Part shown: piece by piece, positions 29,264-39,174 of the stretch
How the letters are laid out: each line of letters opens with the position of its first letter
Position numbering within the stretch: the first letter of the stretch is position 1
Notes under the pieces: model-generated
Databases searched by the model: none
What the model was told of the DNA's origin: nothing
What the model saw: only the letters and a program-made list of their open reading frames with translations
Translations under genes and position numbers: made by a program
NCBI GenBank assembly: GCA_050701895.1
Contig: JBOGFT010000009.1
Span: 16,186-80,185 of the forward strand
Length of the DNA stretch: 64,000 bases
Direction: 5' to 3'
From: Acidimicrobiales bacterium
GTDB lineage: Bacteria; Actinomycetota; Acidimicrobiia; Acidimicrobiales; RAAP-2

Positions 29264-30172
29264 CTAACTGGCCGCAGCGTGCACGATGCTGGCGAGAATT
29301 GACGTGAAGTCAGGATGGTCGTTGAGTGACGCCGTGCGCACGAGATTCACCCCCAATTCGCCGGCGATGCTCTGCGCCTCAATGTCGATGTCGAAGAGAA
29401 CCTCTAGGTGATCGGACACGAAGCCGATCGGGCACGAGACGACATCGGTGACGCCGGCGCCGCTCTTCTCGCGCAGCGCCACCAAGATGTCGGGGCCGAG
29501 CCACGGGTCAGCGGTTCGCCCGGCCGACTGCCACGCGACATCGAAGGACGCGACTCCCGCCAGTGCCGCCGCCCTCTCGGCGCTGTCGCGCAATTGCTCG
29601 GCGTAGGTGTCGCCAAGCGCGACCACCCGTTGTGGCAGCGAGTGCGCGCTGAAGATCACTTCGGTGGTTGGATGACGCGACGCCGGGATCGTTGCTAGGG
29701 CGTCATTCACCCTCTGGGCGATCAGTTCCAAGAAGCCTGGTGCGTCGTACCACGCCCCGATCTCGATTAGCTCCACAGCGCCGCCGAGCGTCCCGCGCGC
29801 TCGACTCATGTACTGATCAGTCGACAACGATGACGAGTGAGGGGCGAGCACGATACCGACGACTTTTTGGAATCCTTCGTCACGAAAACTCGCTGCGGCC
29901 TCTTCGAGCATCGGCGGTTCGAACTTTGAGCCGAATCGCACGTCATAGACCCCAGGGTGTCGCTCTTCAAGGAGCCTGGCCATGCCCGCCACCTGCGCGG
30001 CCGTGCGCTCGGTCAGGGGAGAGACTCCTCCGATGGCGAGGTAGCGCCGGGTGAGGTCGGCGAGCAACTCTGGTGTCGGAGGGTGACCACGACGGATCCT
30101 CGTATAGAACGGCTCAATGCCCTCGGGCGATGAGGGCGTGCCGTGCGCCATAACGAGAACGCCGATACTCAC
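29264..30172 (-). CDS. hemH: ferrochelatase (coproporphyrin ferrochelatase type)
   Basis: GVLVMAHGTP..IEPFYTRIRRG, SAHSLP and the GFVSDHLEVLFDIDIE motifs match ferrochelatase. 4-nt overlap with hemE. Confidence 0.92.
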   Translation of the reverse strand: MSIGVLVMAHGTPSSPEGIEPFYTRIRRGHPPTPELLADLTRRYLAIGGVSPLTERTAAQVAGMARLLEERHPGVYDVRFGSKFEPPMLEEAAASFRDEGFQKVVGIVLAPHSSSLSTDQYMSRARGTLGGAVELIEIGAWYDAPGFLELIAQRVNDALATIPASRHPTTEVIFSAHSLPQRVVALGDTYAEQLRDSAERAAALAGVASFDVAWQSAGRTADPWLGPDILVALREKSGAGVTDVVSCPIGFVSDHLEVLFDIDIEAQSIAGELGVNLVRTASLNDHPDFTSILASIVHAAAS

Positions 30173-31221
30173 ATTACGCCTGCCTTGCCCTCTTCGTGTA
30201 CGACCTGCACGACGGCGGCGAGCACGTCGGGGTCGGTCGCGGGCAGCACGCCGTGGCCGAGGTTGAATATGTGACCCGCGTCGCGGCCGGCGAGGGCGAG
30301 TACTTCGCGCGTCGCCTCGATGGCCAGCTCTTCGCCAGCGAGGCAGCGCGCGGGGTCGAGGTTGCCCTGCACGGCCTTTTCTCCGACTCGCCGGCGCGCG
30401 TCATCGAGGTCGACGTGCCAGTCAATGCCCACGGCGTCACTGCCCGCCGTTGACATTGAGCCGAGGAACTCACCCGTTCCGACGCCGAAGAGAATGGTTG
30501 CCACGTCTAGGTCGGCGATGCCCTCGAAGACCCTCTTCGTCGCGGGCAAGGCGTAACGCTCGTACTCGGCCCTGGTCAACGAGCCAGCCCAGGAGTCGAA
30601 GAGTTGCACGGCACTGGCGCCGTGCTCGACCTGTGCGCGCAGGAAGCTCACGGTGATCGCCACGAGTCGGTCCATGAGCTGGTCGAACAACTCAGGGTTG
30701 CGGTGCATCATCGATTTTATGATGGCGAACTCGCGCGTAGGTCCGCCCTCGACGAGGTAGCTCGCGACCGTGAAAGGAGCGCCGGCGAATCCAATGAGGG
30801 GGGTGTTGGTTGGCGCGAGTTCTGGCATCACGAGGTCGATCGTCGCAGTCACGTGCTCCACGTGCTCGTCGGTGAGGTCGATCAGGCGAGCGAGGTCAGA
30901 GTCGCTCGCGAACGGCTCTGCGATAACTGGGCCTCGACCAGGGATGACTTCGACGCCAAAGCCAATCGCGTGATAGGGCACCACGATGTCCGAGAAGAGG
31001 ATGGCCGCATCGACGCCGTAACGGCGAATGGGTTGAAGCGTCACCTCGCTCGCCACCTCGGGTTGAGCGATCGCATCGAGGATGGATCCCGTTGCGCGCA
31101 GCGCGCGGTACTCCGGCAATGAGCGTCCGGCCTGACGCATGAACCACACGGGGACGCGACTCACGGACTCACCGCGACACGCCCTGAGAAAATCAGCTTC
31201 TGGAACGCTCACGCCGACCAA
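30169..31221 (-). CDS. hemE: uroporphyrinogen decarboxylase
   Basis: PVWFMRQAGRSLPEYR, ILFSDIVVP and NLGHGVLP match HemE. Confidence 0.95.
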   Translation of the reverse strand: MVGVSVPEADFLRACRGESVSRVPVWFMRQAGRSLPEYRALRATGSILDAIAQPEVASEVTLQPIRRYGVDAAILFSDIVVPYHAIGFGVEVIPGRGPVIAEPFASDSDLARLIDLTDEHVEHVTATIDLVMPELAPTNTPLIGFAGAPFTVASYLVEGGPTREFAIIKSMMHRNPELFDQLMDRLVAITVSFLRAQVEHGASAVQLFDSWAGSLTRAEYERYALPATKRVFEGIADLDVATILFGVGTGEFLGSMSTAGSDAVGIDWHVDLDDARRRVGEKAVQGNLDPARCLAGEELAIEATREVLALAGRDAGHIFNLGHGVLPATDPDVLAAVVQVVHEEGKAGVM

Positions 31222-31269
31222 TCTATGCCGATGCCCTTTGTGCGAGTCGGCGAACTCGGTCAGGAGTGA

Positions 31270-31629
31270 CTAGTCCCCCCAAGGTGATTGGAGTTGGATG
31301 TAGTTTCCGTCGGGGTCGGTGACGGTCGCGAGCCGCATCTCCCCGGGCGCGCCTTCAGGTTGGTAGGGCTCGGCGACAACTCCTGCGCCGAACTCAACGA
31401 GCTCTTTGAAGGACATGGCCACGTCGTCGGACTCGAGGGTGAGCATGATCCGTTGGGGATTCGCGTTGGACCCGTGGACCTCACTGTGAGCACCCAACAT
31501 CAACTGAGCCGTCCCGCCCCAGCCGTACCAGGTGTCCTCGTGAAAGCCAGGTTCTCCCAGCACTTTGGTGTAGAACGCACCGAGAGCGACGGGGTCTTCA
31601 GATCCGAGCATGACGCCACTGAACTTCAT
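31270..31629 (-). CDS. VOC/glyoxalase-family protein
   Basis: Only the last 119 aa of track ORF 31270..32472 look like a real protein (MKFSGVMLGSEDPVALGAFY...TVTDPDGNYIQLQ, a glyoxalase/bleomycin-resistance fold pattern). The ATG at 31629 is preceded by GGGAGA. The upstream 281 aa are antisense to helD. Confidence 0.8.
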   Translation of the reverse strand: MKFSGVMLGSEDPVALGAFYTKVLGEPGFHEDTWYGWGGTAQLMLGAHSEVHGSNANPQRIMLTLESDDVAMSFKELVEFGAGVVAEPYQPEGAPGEMRLATVTDPDGNYIQLQSPWGD

Positions 31630-31773
31630 AGTTCTCCCTTCGACTGTTGCCGTTGGAGGCACTCTATGGCCGAGAGTCGACCTGCGCCAGGGCGATTTTC
31701 TTCGACTCGGAGCCCAACTTCGGACCAGTAGACTTGAATCTTCCCGATTTTGGGAAACGGAAAGAGGTCGTTC

Positions 31774-34077
31774 ATGTCGCACGAGCGTGAGATCGCCGAA
31801 GAGCAAAGGTTCCTCGACGTGGCCCTCAGTGCCCTTGACCACATGCGCCAGGGAGCTCGCTCCCTGCGCGACAGCGCCGCCGTGGCGAACATGCGTGGCG
31901 CCGGTGACCTTGTCGAACGCGACGTCGTCATGGGCACGGCCCTTCATCGGCTCGACCAGTTGGCCATCGGTGACCAACCGCTCTTCTTTGGACGCATCGA
32001 CTATCAAGCCAACGGGCACGGCGACGGTGACATCTACCACGTAGGTCGACTTGCCGTCTCCGACGAGGCGCTTAATCCGCTCGTCATCGATTGGCGTGCA
32101 CCCGTGGCCGAAGCTTTCTACCGGGCGACCGGGATTGAACCACTTGGACTCTCGCGTCGTCGCCACGTCGCCATTCGCGCCAACGAAGTTTCCGGTGTCG
32201 AGGATGAGTACTTCGCCGACGCCGACGGCAACCTGGATCTTCCTGACAACGAGGTGCGCGACGCGACTGAAGAGGGGCTCGTTGACGGCGGCCTCGCGCT
32301 CGGGGGACCGGGCGCGCTTCTCGCGGCTCTTGGTCGCGCGCGCACGGGCCGCATGGGCGACATCATCGCCACCATTCAAGGCGAGCAGGACCAAATCATT
32401 CGCAGTCCCCTCGCGGGCGTGTTGCTGGTGCAAGGGGGACCGGGCACAGGCAAGACAGCTGTCGCGCTGCACCGCGCGGCATACCTCTTGTTTACATATC
32501 GCGCCACGCTTGAACGTCAGGGCGTCCTGGTGGTGGGCCCAAACCCGCTGTTCTTGAACTACATCGAAAACGTGTTGCCATCGCTCGGCGAGTCGGGCGT
32601 GACGCTCTCGACGATTGCGGGTCTGGTCACCAACGTTGACGTGCGCGCGGTTGACGATGAGGACCTAGATCAGCTGAAGGGCGACGCACGATTGGCGCAG
32701 GTCCTCGCTCGAGCGCTGCGTACGCGCGAACGGGCGCTGCGCCACGACGTCGAGATCCCCGTCGGGCGCGCGATCGTTGTCCTGAAGGCGAAGTACACCC
32801 AAGAGGCCGTCGAAAGGGCGCGTCGTCGACCGGGCAATCACAACCAACGTCGTTCCGCGGTCGGGCGCGAACTCGCCGCGCGGCTCGCCGGTGAATACCA
32901 CGAGCGCTTCTCTCATGACAACTCTGAGGAGGCGAACGCCGTCGGTGAACTCGCCGAGACGATTCGCAGCACCACTCAGTTCAAAGAAGCGCTGCAACGC
33001 GTCTGGCCGCGCCTCTCGGGACAAGAGCTGCTTCACGACATGCTGGGTGCGCCAGCGCTATTGCGCGCCGCGGGAAAAGGCATCCTCACCGACCGCGAGA
33101 TCGAGATGCTCTTTCGTCCTCGCTTTACCTCGCTCGATGAGATCGCCTGGACTAAGGCGGACGCCGCGTTGATTGACGAGGCGCGCGTCTTGGTGGGTCC
33201 TCGCCGCCGCCCGCGCCCGGTGCCCAAACCCGGCGAAAACGTTCTCTTGGGAGTAGACCTCGATGCATACTCAGGAGACCATCGCGCGGCGGCGATCCGT
33301 GAGGCGCAGCGTCTCGCTGTCGCGCAGTCCCAAGAGCTTGACGAAGCAGAGTTTGTGACCTACGGCCACATCGTGGTCGACGAAGCCCAAGATCTCTCAC
33401 CGATGGAATTGCGGGTCCTGAAGCGTCGTGACCTGACCGGGTCAATGACCATTGTCGGCGACATGGGCCAGGCCACGACCGCCTCATCGTCCGCTTCGTG
33501 GGACACGTTGCTCGCGGTACTGGCGCCTCGCCGAGCTCCCGCGAGAGTCGACCTGACGGTCAGCTATCGCACGCCAGAGGAGGTGCTGAACTTTGCCGCC
33601 GCGACGCTCAGGGCCGCCGCCCCTGACTTAGAACCGCCTCATCCCGTGCGTCGCGCGGGAGCGGTGCCCCTCGTTGCTTGCGTCAGCGAATTCGAGATGC
33701 CGCGCGCGCTGGTCGAACTGACCCGCAGCGAAATCGAAGCTGTCGCCCCCGGTCGTGTCGCCGTTATCGTGACGGGACAACGCGTTGACGAGATCGTGTC
33801 AATGCTGCGCGACGGTGGCCTCGAAGCGATCGATCCCCGCGACCAAGAGTCGAAGGGCTTGGCGGCGGACTTGGTCGTATTGGCGGCCGAAGGTGCGAAC
33901 GGTCTCGAGTTCGACGCGGTGATCGTTGTTGAACCTGGTCAGATTGCGAATCGAGGCGCGAACGATGGTGCGACGTTGACGTCGCGCGGACTGCGCACTT
34001 TGTACGTGGCGTTAACGCGTCCGACGAGGCGACTTGCGGTCATCGCAAGCGGAGAACTTCCTTCGACGCTTCGATAG
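31774..34077 (+). CDS. helD: UvrD-like helicase, HelD (helicase IV-like RNA polymerase recycling ATPase)
   Basis: An N-terminal coiled region is followed by IDWRAPVAEAFY, Walker A VQGGPGTGKTAVALHRAAYL, IVVDEAQDLS and YVALTRPT. ATG 31774 is preceded by AGAGG. The track ORF starts at TTG 31750. Confidence 0.8.
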   Translation: MSHEREIAEEQRFLDVALSALDHMRQGARSLRDSAAVANMRGAGDLVERDVVMGTALHRLDQLAIGDQPLFFGRIDYQANGHGDGDIYHVGRLAVSDEALNPLVIDWRAPVAEAFYRATGIEPLGLSRRRHVAIRANEVSGVEDEYFADADGNLDLPDNEVRDATEEGLVDGGLALGGPGALLAALGRARTGRMGDIIATIQGEQDQIIRSPLAGVLLVQGGPGTGKTAVALHRAAYLLFTYRATLERQGVLVVGPNPLFLNYIENVLPSLGESGVTLSTIAGLVTNVDVRAVDDEDLDQLKGDARLAQVLARALRTRERALRHDVEIPVGRAIVVLKAKYTQEAVERARRRPGNHNQRRSAVGRELAARLAGEYHERFSHDNSEEANAVGELAETIRSTTQFKEALQRVWPRLSGQELLHDMLGAPALLRAAGKGILTDREIEMLFRPRFTSLDEIAWTKADAALIDEARVLVGPRRRPRPVPKPGENVLLGVDLDAYSGDHRAAAIREAQRLAVAQSQELDEAEFVTYGHIVVDEAQDLSPMELRVLKRRDLTGSMTIVGDMGQATTASSSASWDTLLAVLAPRRAPARVDLTVSYRTPEEVLNFAAATLRAAAPDLEPPHPVRRAGAVPLVACVSEFEMPRALVELTRSEIEAVAPGRVAVIVTGQRVDEIVSMLRDGGLEAIDPRDQESKGLAADLVVLAAEGANGLEFDAVIVVEPGQIANRGANDGATLTSRGLRTLYVALTRPTRRLAVIASGELPSTLR

Positions 34078-34133
34078 GAGCGAATCGTCCCATTCGTCAA
34101 AGTGGGGTCACGATTTCTACTAGAAAGGTAGGC

Positions 34134-34730
34134 GTGAGTCAGGCAGTTTCCCCCAATAGCCTGGCGAAGCAAGAGAAGATCGTCCACGATCGACCGCCAA
34201 TGCTGGCCATTGGCGTGATGATCTGGCTCGGTTCGGAGCTGATGTTCTTCTCGGGACTCTTCGCCGCCCTGTTTACCATCCGCGCGCACTTGGCCTCGTG
34301 GCCGCCAAAAGGCACCCATCTTGACGTTTTGCAGTCGGGAGTCTTTACCATCATCCTCATAGCGTCGTCCTTCACGATGCAGCGTGCCGTGTGGCTCATC
34401 GAGCATCGGCGGCGCGGCGCGGCACGCAACTGGGTGATCGCGACGATCATCATGGGCGCGCTCTTCATCTCCAACCAGGCCTATGAGTGGACGCACCTGA
34501 CGACGCGCTGGTACACCAACTCCTACGGCTCCGTCTTCTTCATCACCACGGGTTTGCATGGACTGCACGTGTTCCTCGGGCTGGTCGCGATGTCCTTCCT
34601 GTTGTTTCGCATGCGTGGTCGTGAGGGCGACCCGGGTGAGCTCGCAACGTTCCAAGGCGTGAGCTATTACTGGCACTTCGTCGACGTGGTTTGGATAGGG
34701 TTGTACTCAGCCCTCTTCCTGCTGAAGTAG
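34134..34730 (+). CDS. ctaE: cytochrome c oxidase subunit III
   Basis: FFSGLFAALF, HGLHVFLG and YWHFVDVVWIGLY match subunit III. It sits immediately upstream of qcrCAB, as is typical in actinobacteria. Confidence 0.92.
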   Translation: MSQAVSPNSLAKQEKIVHDRPPMLAIGVMIWLGSELMFFSGLFAALFTIRAHLASWPPKGTHLDVLQSGVFTIILIASSFTMQRAVWLIEHRRRGAARNWVIATIIMGALFISNQAYEWTHLTTRWYTNSYGSVFFITTGLHGLHVFLGLVAMSFLLFRMRGREGDPGELATFQGVSYYWHFVDVVWIGLYSALFLLK

Positions 34731-35633
34731 GTGAGGGGCGTGACGATTACCCTCCTGAGGCGCGCCGCACTCCTGGTCGGCGTCGTTCTCTTTGGCGCGG
34801 GTCCGATAGTGCTCTTCGTAGGCCCGGCCAGTGCGAGCAACTACACGAACACCCCATTTCAAACTACGCACAAGAACTCGGGCACGCCGAACTCCAGCGT
34901 GGTCGTGAAGAACGACCAGGGCGTCGTCATCAAGTACGGCGACAAGTACATCACGTACGTGACGCCGCCAAGCAGTCTCGACAAGTTGGGCGAAGCTCTC
35001 TTCATGGAGAACTGCGCCTCGTGCCACGGCACCCAGGCGAATGGCGTACCCGCCTCGGCGGTGGGCGCGTACCCCGACCTCGTCGGTCTCGGGCCAGCCA
35101 CGATCGACTTCTGGGTCGACTCGGGTCGGATGCCCGACAAGGACACGGCCGCCGTCGAAGCACCGCGTCGCCAACGGGCGCTCACCCCCGCACAGGCTAA
35201 GGCGATCGCTGCGTGGGTCGACTCGTTGTCGCCGAGTTACCCCGGCATCCCCACTGCGCATCTCAAGCGTGCCAATGAGGCCGAAGGTGCGGCTTTGTTC
35301 GCCCTCAACTGCGCGGCGTGTCACACCATCGAAGGTGACGGCGACGCACTCGCCTTCAGCACGTTCGCCCCATCACTGCGTGACATTCCCGCTTTCCAGG
35401 TGGTGGAGGCGATTCGCACCGGCCCGGCCAACATGCCGCGCTTCACTGGAAACCTCAGCGATCAGCAGGTGGACGACATCGTGAAGTATGTGACCACGGA
35501 GATTCAACACCCTGAGAACCCGGGCGGCTTCGGCCTTGGCGGTCTCGGACCGGTCGCCGAGGGCTTCGTCGCACTGCTGCTCGGGGTGGGCTTCTTGGCG
35601 CTGATCTGTTACTGGATCGGAGATCGCTCGTGA
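34731..35633 (+). CDS. qcrC: cytochrome bc1 complex diheme cytochrome c subunit
   Basis: Two CxxCH motifs (CASCHG, CAACHT), an N-terminal signal/TM segment and a C-terminal TM anchor. Confidence 0.92.
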   Translation: MRGVTITLLRRAALLVGVVLFGAGPIVLFVGPASASNYTNTPFQTTHKNSGTPNSSVVVKNDQGVVIKYGDKYITYVTPPSSLDKLGEALFMENCASCHGTQANGVPASAVGAYPDLVGLGPATIDFWVDSGRMPDKDTAAVEAPRRQRALTPAQAKAIAAWVDSLSPSYPGIPTAHLKRANEAEGAALFALNCAACHTIEGDGDALAFSTFAPSLRDIPAFQVVEAIRTGPANMPRFTGNLSDQQVDDIVKYVTTEIQHPENPGGFGLGGLGPVAEGFVALLLGVGFLALICYWIGDRS

Positions 35634-36670
35634 GCGACGTGACTCCCGGACATGACCACTCACCTCATCGCGGCGTGAAGGACCAAATGCAGATCGAGGA
35701 GTTGACCGAGCGTCGCATCGACGAGCAGCGCGACATCGACGAGCAGCGCACCCCAGTCGCGATATCGGGACTGAGCGCGGATGATCCGCACCTCCAGCCC
35801 TTAGCGAAGAACCCCCAGACTGTTGAGGGCGTCGTCGCGACGACGTTCGTGCTGGGTCTTCTCTTCATGGCTGCCTTCGGCGCCGCCTATGTCCTCAACG
35901 CCGAGCCCTACATCCTTGGCGCCATGATGGGTTTCGGCCTTTTCTTCATTGGCATCGGACTGGTCGCGTGGGGCAAATACCTCATGCCGCGCGGACCTTT
36001 TGTTGAAGAGCGACACGACCTCTCGGGCGATGCCGTCGAGCGTGACGCCTTTGCGGCGTCGATTGTCGAACGCGGTGGAGGTGTCGTCAAGCGCCGCAAA
36101 GTTCTCGCCGGGCTGCTCGGCGGAGGCCTCGGTATCTTTGGCATCGTGGCGATGTTTCCACTGTTGCGCAGTCTCGGTCCGCTTCCCAAGGGCACTCTGT
36201 TTTATACCGACTGGCGCAAGGGCTCGTACGCCGTTGACTCGACCGGGCGCCGCGTCAGCGTGGGAGACCTCGCTATTGGCTCCATCATGACGGTCTATCC
36301 CGAGGGCACCGAGAACACCGACCGCGGTCAGGCAGTCGACCAAACGGTGGTGATCCGTATCTCGAACCAGAACTTCGTCACCCAGAAGGGCCGCGAGACG
36401 TGGGGTCCCAAGGGATACGTCGCCTACTCCAAGCTGTGCACCCACCTTGGTTGTCCCGTCGGGCTCTACGAACAGCAGCTCCAACTGCTGGTCTGTCCGT
36501 GCCACCAGTCGATGTTTAACGTCACCAATGGAGCGATTCCGCAGTTCGGACCGGCCCCGCGGCCGCTGCCGCAACTGGCGCTCTACATTGACGCCGATGG
36601 CTACCTTCGTGCTCAGAGCGACTACGACCAGCCCGTCGGACCTGGATTCTGGGAGCGCACGACCACATGA
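35630..36670 (+). CDS. qcrA: cytochrome bc1 complex Rieske iron-sulfur subunit
   Basis: The Rieske motifs CTHLGCPV and CPCHQSMF follow N-terminal TM helices. GTGA overlap with qcrC. Confidence 0.93.
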   Translation: MSDVTPGHDHSPHRGVKDQMQIEELTERRIDEQRDIDEQRTPVAISGLSADDPHLQPLAKNPQTVEGVVATTFVLGLLFMAAFGAAYVLNAEPYILGAMMGFGLFFIGIGLVAWGKYLMPRGPFVEERHDLSGDAVERDAFAASIVERGGGVVKRRKVLAGLLGGGLGIFGIVAMFPLLRSLGPLPKGTLFYTDWRKGSYAVDSTGRRVSVGDLAIGSIMTVYPEGTENTDRGQAVDQTVVIRISNQNFVTQKGRETWGPKGYVAYSKLCTHLGCPVGLYEQQLQLLVCPCHQSMFNVTNGAIPQFGPAPRPLPQLALYIDADGYLRAQSDYDQPVGPGFWERTTT

Positions 36671-38208
36671 GTGACGCCACGATACCCACCAACCCTCGCG
36701 CGAGGAAGCGATCTGAGGGTCCGTACGGCAAGATCGGCAAGGCGCTCGATGAACTCGACGATCGCCTAGGTATCGCCAAGGGCGGGCGCACCTTCATGGA
36801 CAAGATCTTCCCCGATCACTGGTCCTTCATGCTCGGCGAGATTGCGCTCTATTCCTTCGTGATCCTGCTCGTCACCGGCGTCTTTCTCACCTTCTACTTC
36901 GTGCCGAGTTCGGCGGTCGTGATCTATCACGGTCCCTACTTGCCACTCGATGGTCAGCGCGTCACCGAAGCCTTCGAATCGACGGTGAATATATCCTTCA
37001 AGGTGCGCGGGGGACTTCTGATGCGTCAGATGCACCACTGGGCGTGTGACATCTTCGTCGGATCGATTGTCATTCACATGGCGCGTGTGTTCTTCACCGG
37101 TGCCTTCCGCAAGCCCCGCGAACTCAACTGGACGATTGGCCTCACGTTGTTGATCTTGGCGATCGCGAACGGCTTCCTTGGCTACTCGCTGCCCGACGAC
37201 CTCGTCTCGGGCACGGGTATTCGCATCGCGTACTCGATCCTGCTGTCGGTGCCCTTCGTCGGGAGTTACCTGGCCTTCTGGGTCTTCGGGGGCAATTTCC
37301 CCGGTTCTGCGACGATTCCGCGATTCTTCATCCTGCACGTGCTGATCCTGCCGTTGATCATCATCGGCTTGGTGGGTGCGCACCTGTTCTTGCTGGTGCG
37401 CCAGAAGCATACTCAGTTCCCGGGCAAGGGCAAGACGGAAAAGAACGTCGTCGGATCTCCCATGTTCCCGGTATTCGCCGCGAAGACGACCGGCTTCCTC
37501 TTCATCATTGGCGGGGTGACCGCCTTGCTCGCCTCCTTTGCCCAGATCAACCCGATCTGGCAGTTCGGTCAGTATCAAGCGTCGAGAATCTCCTACGCCG
37601 TGCAACCCGACTGGTATATGGGCTTCCTGGATGGGGCGCTGCGCATCTTTCCGTCGTGGGAGTTCACGGGCTTCGGCCATACGTGGCCTCTCGAGGTCTT
37701 CATTCCCGCCGTCCTCTTTCCCGGCATCCTCTTCAACGTCGCCTACGCGTGGCCGTTCATCGAGCGAAAGCTCACCGGCGACAACGAGATGCACAACCTG
37801 CTCGATCGGCCGCGTGACCGTCCCAAGCGAACGGCCATCGGGGCTTCGGTGCTGGCGCTTCTGGCGATGCTCTTCATCGCCAGTTCGACCGATGTCATCG
37901 CGAACTTCTTTCACCTGTCGCTGAACACGGTGCTGTGGGCGATGCGCATCTTGGTGATCACCTCACCGCTCATCGCCTATCCCTTGACGTACAAGATCTG
38001 CCTCGAACTACAGGGAATCAAGCGCGGCGGCAAGCGCAAGACACCCAACGTCGTCAGCCGCACGGTCGAAGGGGAGTACCTCGCCACACCGGCGCCCGCC
38101 TACCGCGAAGATGTGGATCACGAGCTCACCGCAACGCCGGTTCCTACGTTCATCGAAGACGAGCCAGAGTCACCCCGCGAAAGTGGCGTCAGGACCGTCG
38201 ACCGTTAG
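36667..38208 (+). CDS. qcrB: cytochrome bc1 complex cytochrome b subunit
   Basis: MRQMHHWACDIFVGSIVIHM, RFFILHVLILP and the polytopic profile match cytochrome b. ATGA overlap with qcrA. Confidence 0.94.
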   Translation: MSDATIPTNPRARKRSEGPYGKIGKALDELDDRLGIAKGGRTFMDKIFPDHWSFMLGEIALYSFVILLVTGVFLTFYFVPSSAVVIYHGPYLPLDGQRVTEAFESTVNISFKVRGGLLMRQMHHWACDIFVGSIVIHMARVFFTGAFRKPRELNWTIGLTLLILAIANGFLGYSLPDDLVSGTGIRIAYSILLSVPFVGSYLAFWVFGGNFPGSATIPRFFILHVLILPLIIIGLVGAHLFLLVRQKHTQFPGKGKTEKNVVGSPMFPVFAAKTTGFLFIIGGVTALLASFAQINPIWQFGQYQASRISYAVQPDWYMGFLDGALRIFPSWEFTGFGHTWPLEVFIPAVLFPGILFNVAYAWPFIERKLTGDNEMHNLLDRPRDRPKRTAIGASVLALLAMLFIASSTDVIANFFHLSLNTVLWAMRILVITSPLIAYPLTYKICLELQGIKRGGKRKTPNVVSRTVEGEYLATPAPAYREDVDHELTATPVPTFIEDEPESPRESGVRTVDR

Positions 38209-38271
38209 CGACATCGACGCGCGTGGGGGGAGCCTCCGCGTTTCGGCTTGGTCGTTGCCTAACATGGCAGA

Positions 38272-39174
38272 GTGAGCGCTGTGAACGACTCCAAGTGGCG
38301 CTCCGCGACCTCGCTCGTCTTTGATCGACCCATCAACGCCCGTCGGAACGTGGCCATGCTGGGCATTTCGACCTACGCAACCTCGGTCTCACCGCGATCA
38401 GCGGCCAGCACACCCGCGGCCATCCGGGCCGCCCTCGACTTCTACTCCACGTGGTCGTGGTCGAGCCGTGTGGACCTGGGTGAGTACGTCGCCCTTGTCG
38501 ATCACGGTGATGTGCCCGATCCCGATGGGGAGGGGGGGCGCCAACGGGTCGCCGACGCCCTAGCCGCCATCGAGCAGCCCATCACCGCGATCCTCGGCGG
38601 TGATAACGCGGCCACCTGGCACGCTCTCAGTTCCCTCATGAAGGATCGGACCGAGGAGTTCGGCCTGATTACGCTGGATGCTCACCTCGACATGCGCGAC
38701 GGCCGCTCGAACGGCTCGCCCGTTCGCCAACTGCTCGATGAGGGGCTCGACGGTCGTCACGTTGTCCAAGTTGGTCTGAGCGACTACACCAACTCTCCGG
38801 CTTACGCCCGCGACTCTCAAGCCGCGGGCGTGCGCATCATCGACCGTGACGTCTTCAACCGCGAAGACGCGGCCGTCATTGCTCGACGCGCCCTCGATGT
38901 GGCCCGCCAAGGTGGTCGAAAGGTCTACGTGGACGTCGATCTCGATGTCGCTGATCGCTCCGTGGCACCCGGGTGCCCGGCGGCCGCGCCGGGGGGACTG
39001 CGCGCCGATGAGATTCGTCGCTTCGTGCGCGCACTCGCCACGAGCAAAGATGTGATCGCCATCGATTTCACCGAAGTCGACGTTGAACGTGACAGTCCCG
39101 ATGGACGCACTGTGCGCTTGGCCGCACTTCTGGTACTCGAGACGCTCGCGGGCGTGCAAAGGAGATCGTTGTGA
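38272..39174 (+). CDS. hutG: arginase-family hydrolase, formimidoylglutamase-like
   Basis: The arginase-fold motifs DAHLDMRDG and YVDVDLDVADRS are present, and the stop overlaps the hutH start. The first motif reads GGDNAAT rather than GGDH. Confidence 0.72.
   Translation: MSAVNDSKWRSATSLVFDRPINARRNVAMLGISTYATSVSPRSAASTPAAIRAALDFYSTWSWSSRVDLGEYVALVDHGDVPDPDGEGGRQRVADALAAIEQPITAILGGDNAATWHALSSLMKDRTEEFGLITLDAHLDMRDGRSNGSPVRQLLDEGLDGRHVVQVGLSDYTNSPAYARDSQAAGVRIIDRDVFNREDAAVIARRALDVARQGGRKVYVDVDLDVADRSVAPGCPAAAPGGLRADEIRRFVRALATSKDVIAIDFTEVDVERDSPDGRTVRLAALLVLETLAGVQRRSL

Noticed and set aside
31630-32472. N-terminal 281 aa of the 400-aa minus-strand ORF 31270-32472
   Set aside because: Only the last 119 aa resemble a VOC/glyoxalase protein, and they have their own ATG and ribosome-binding site. 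The remainder is antisense to helD.
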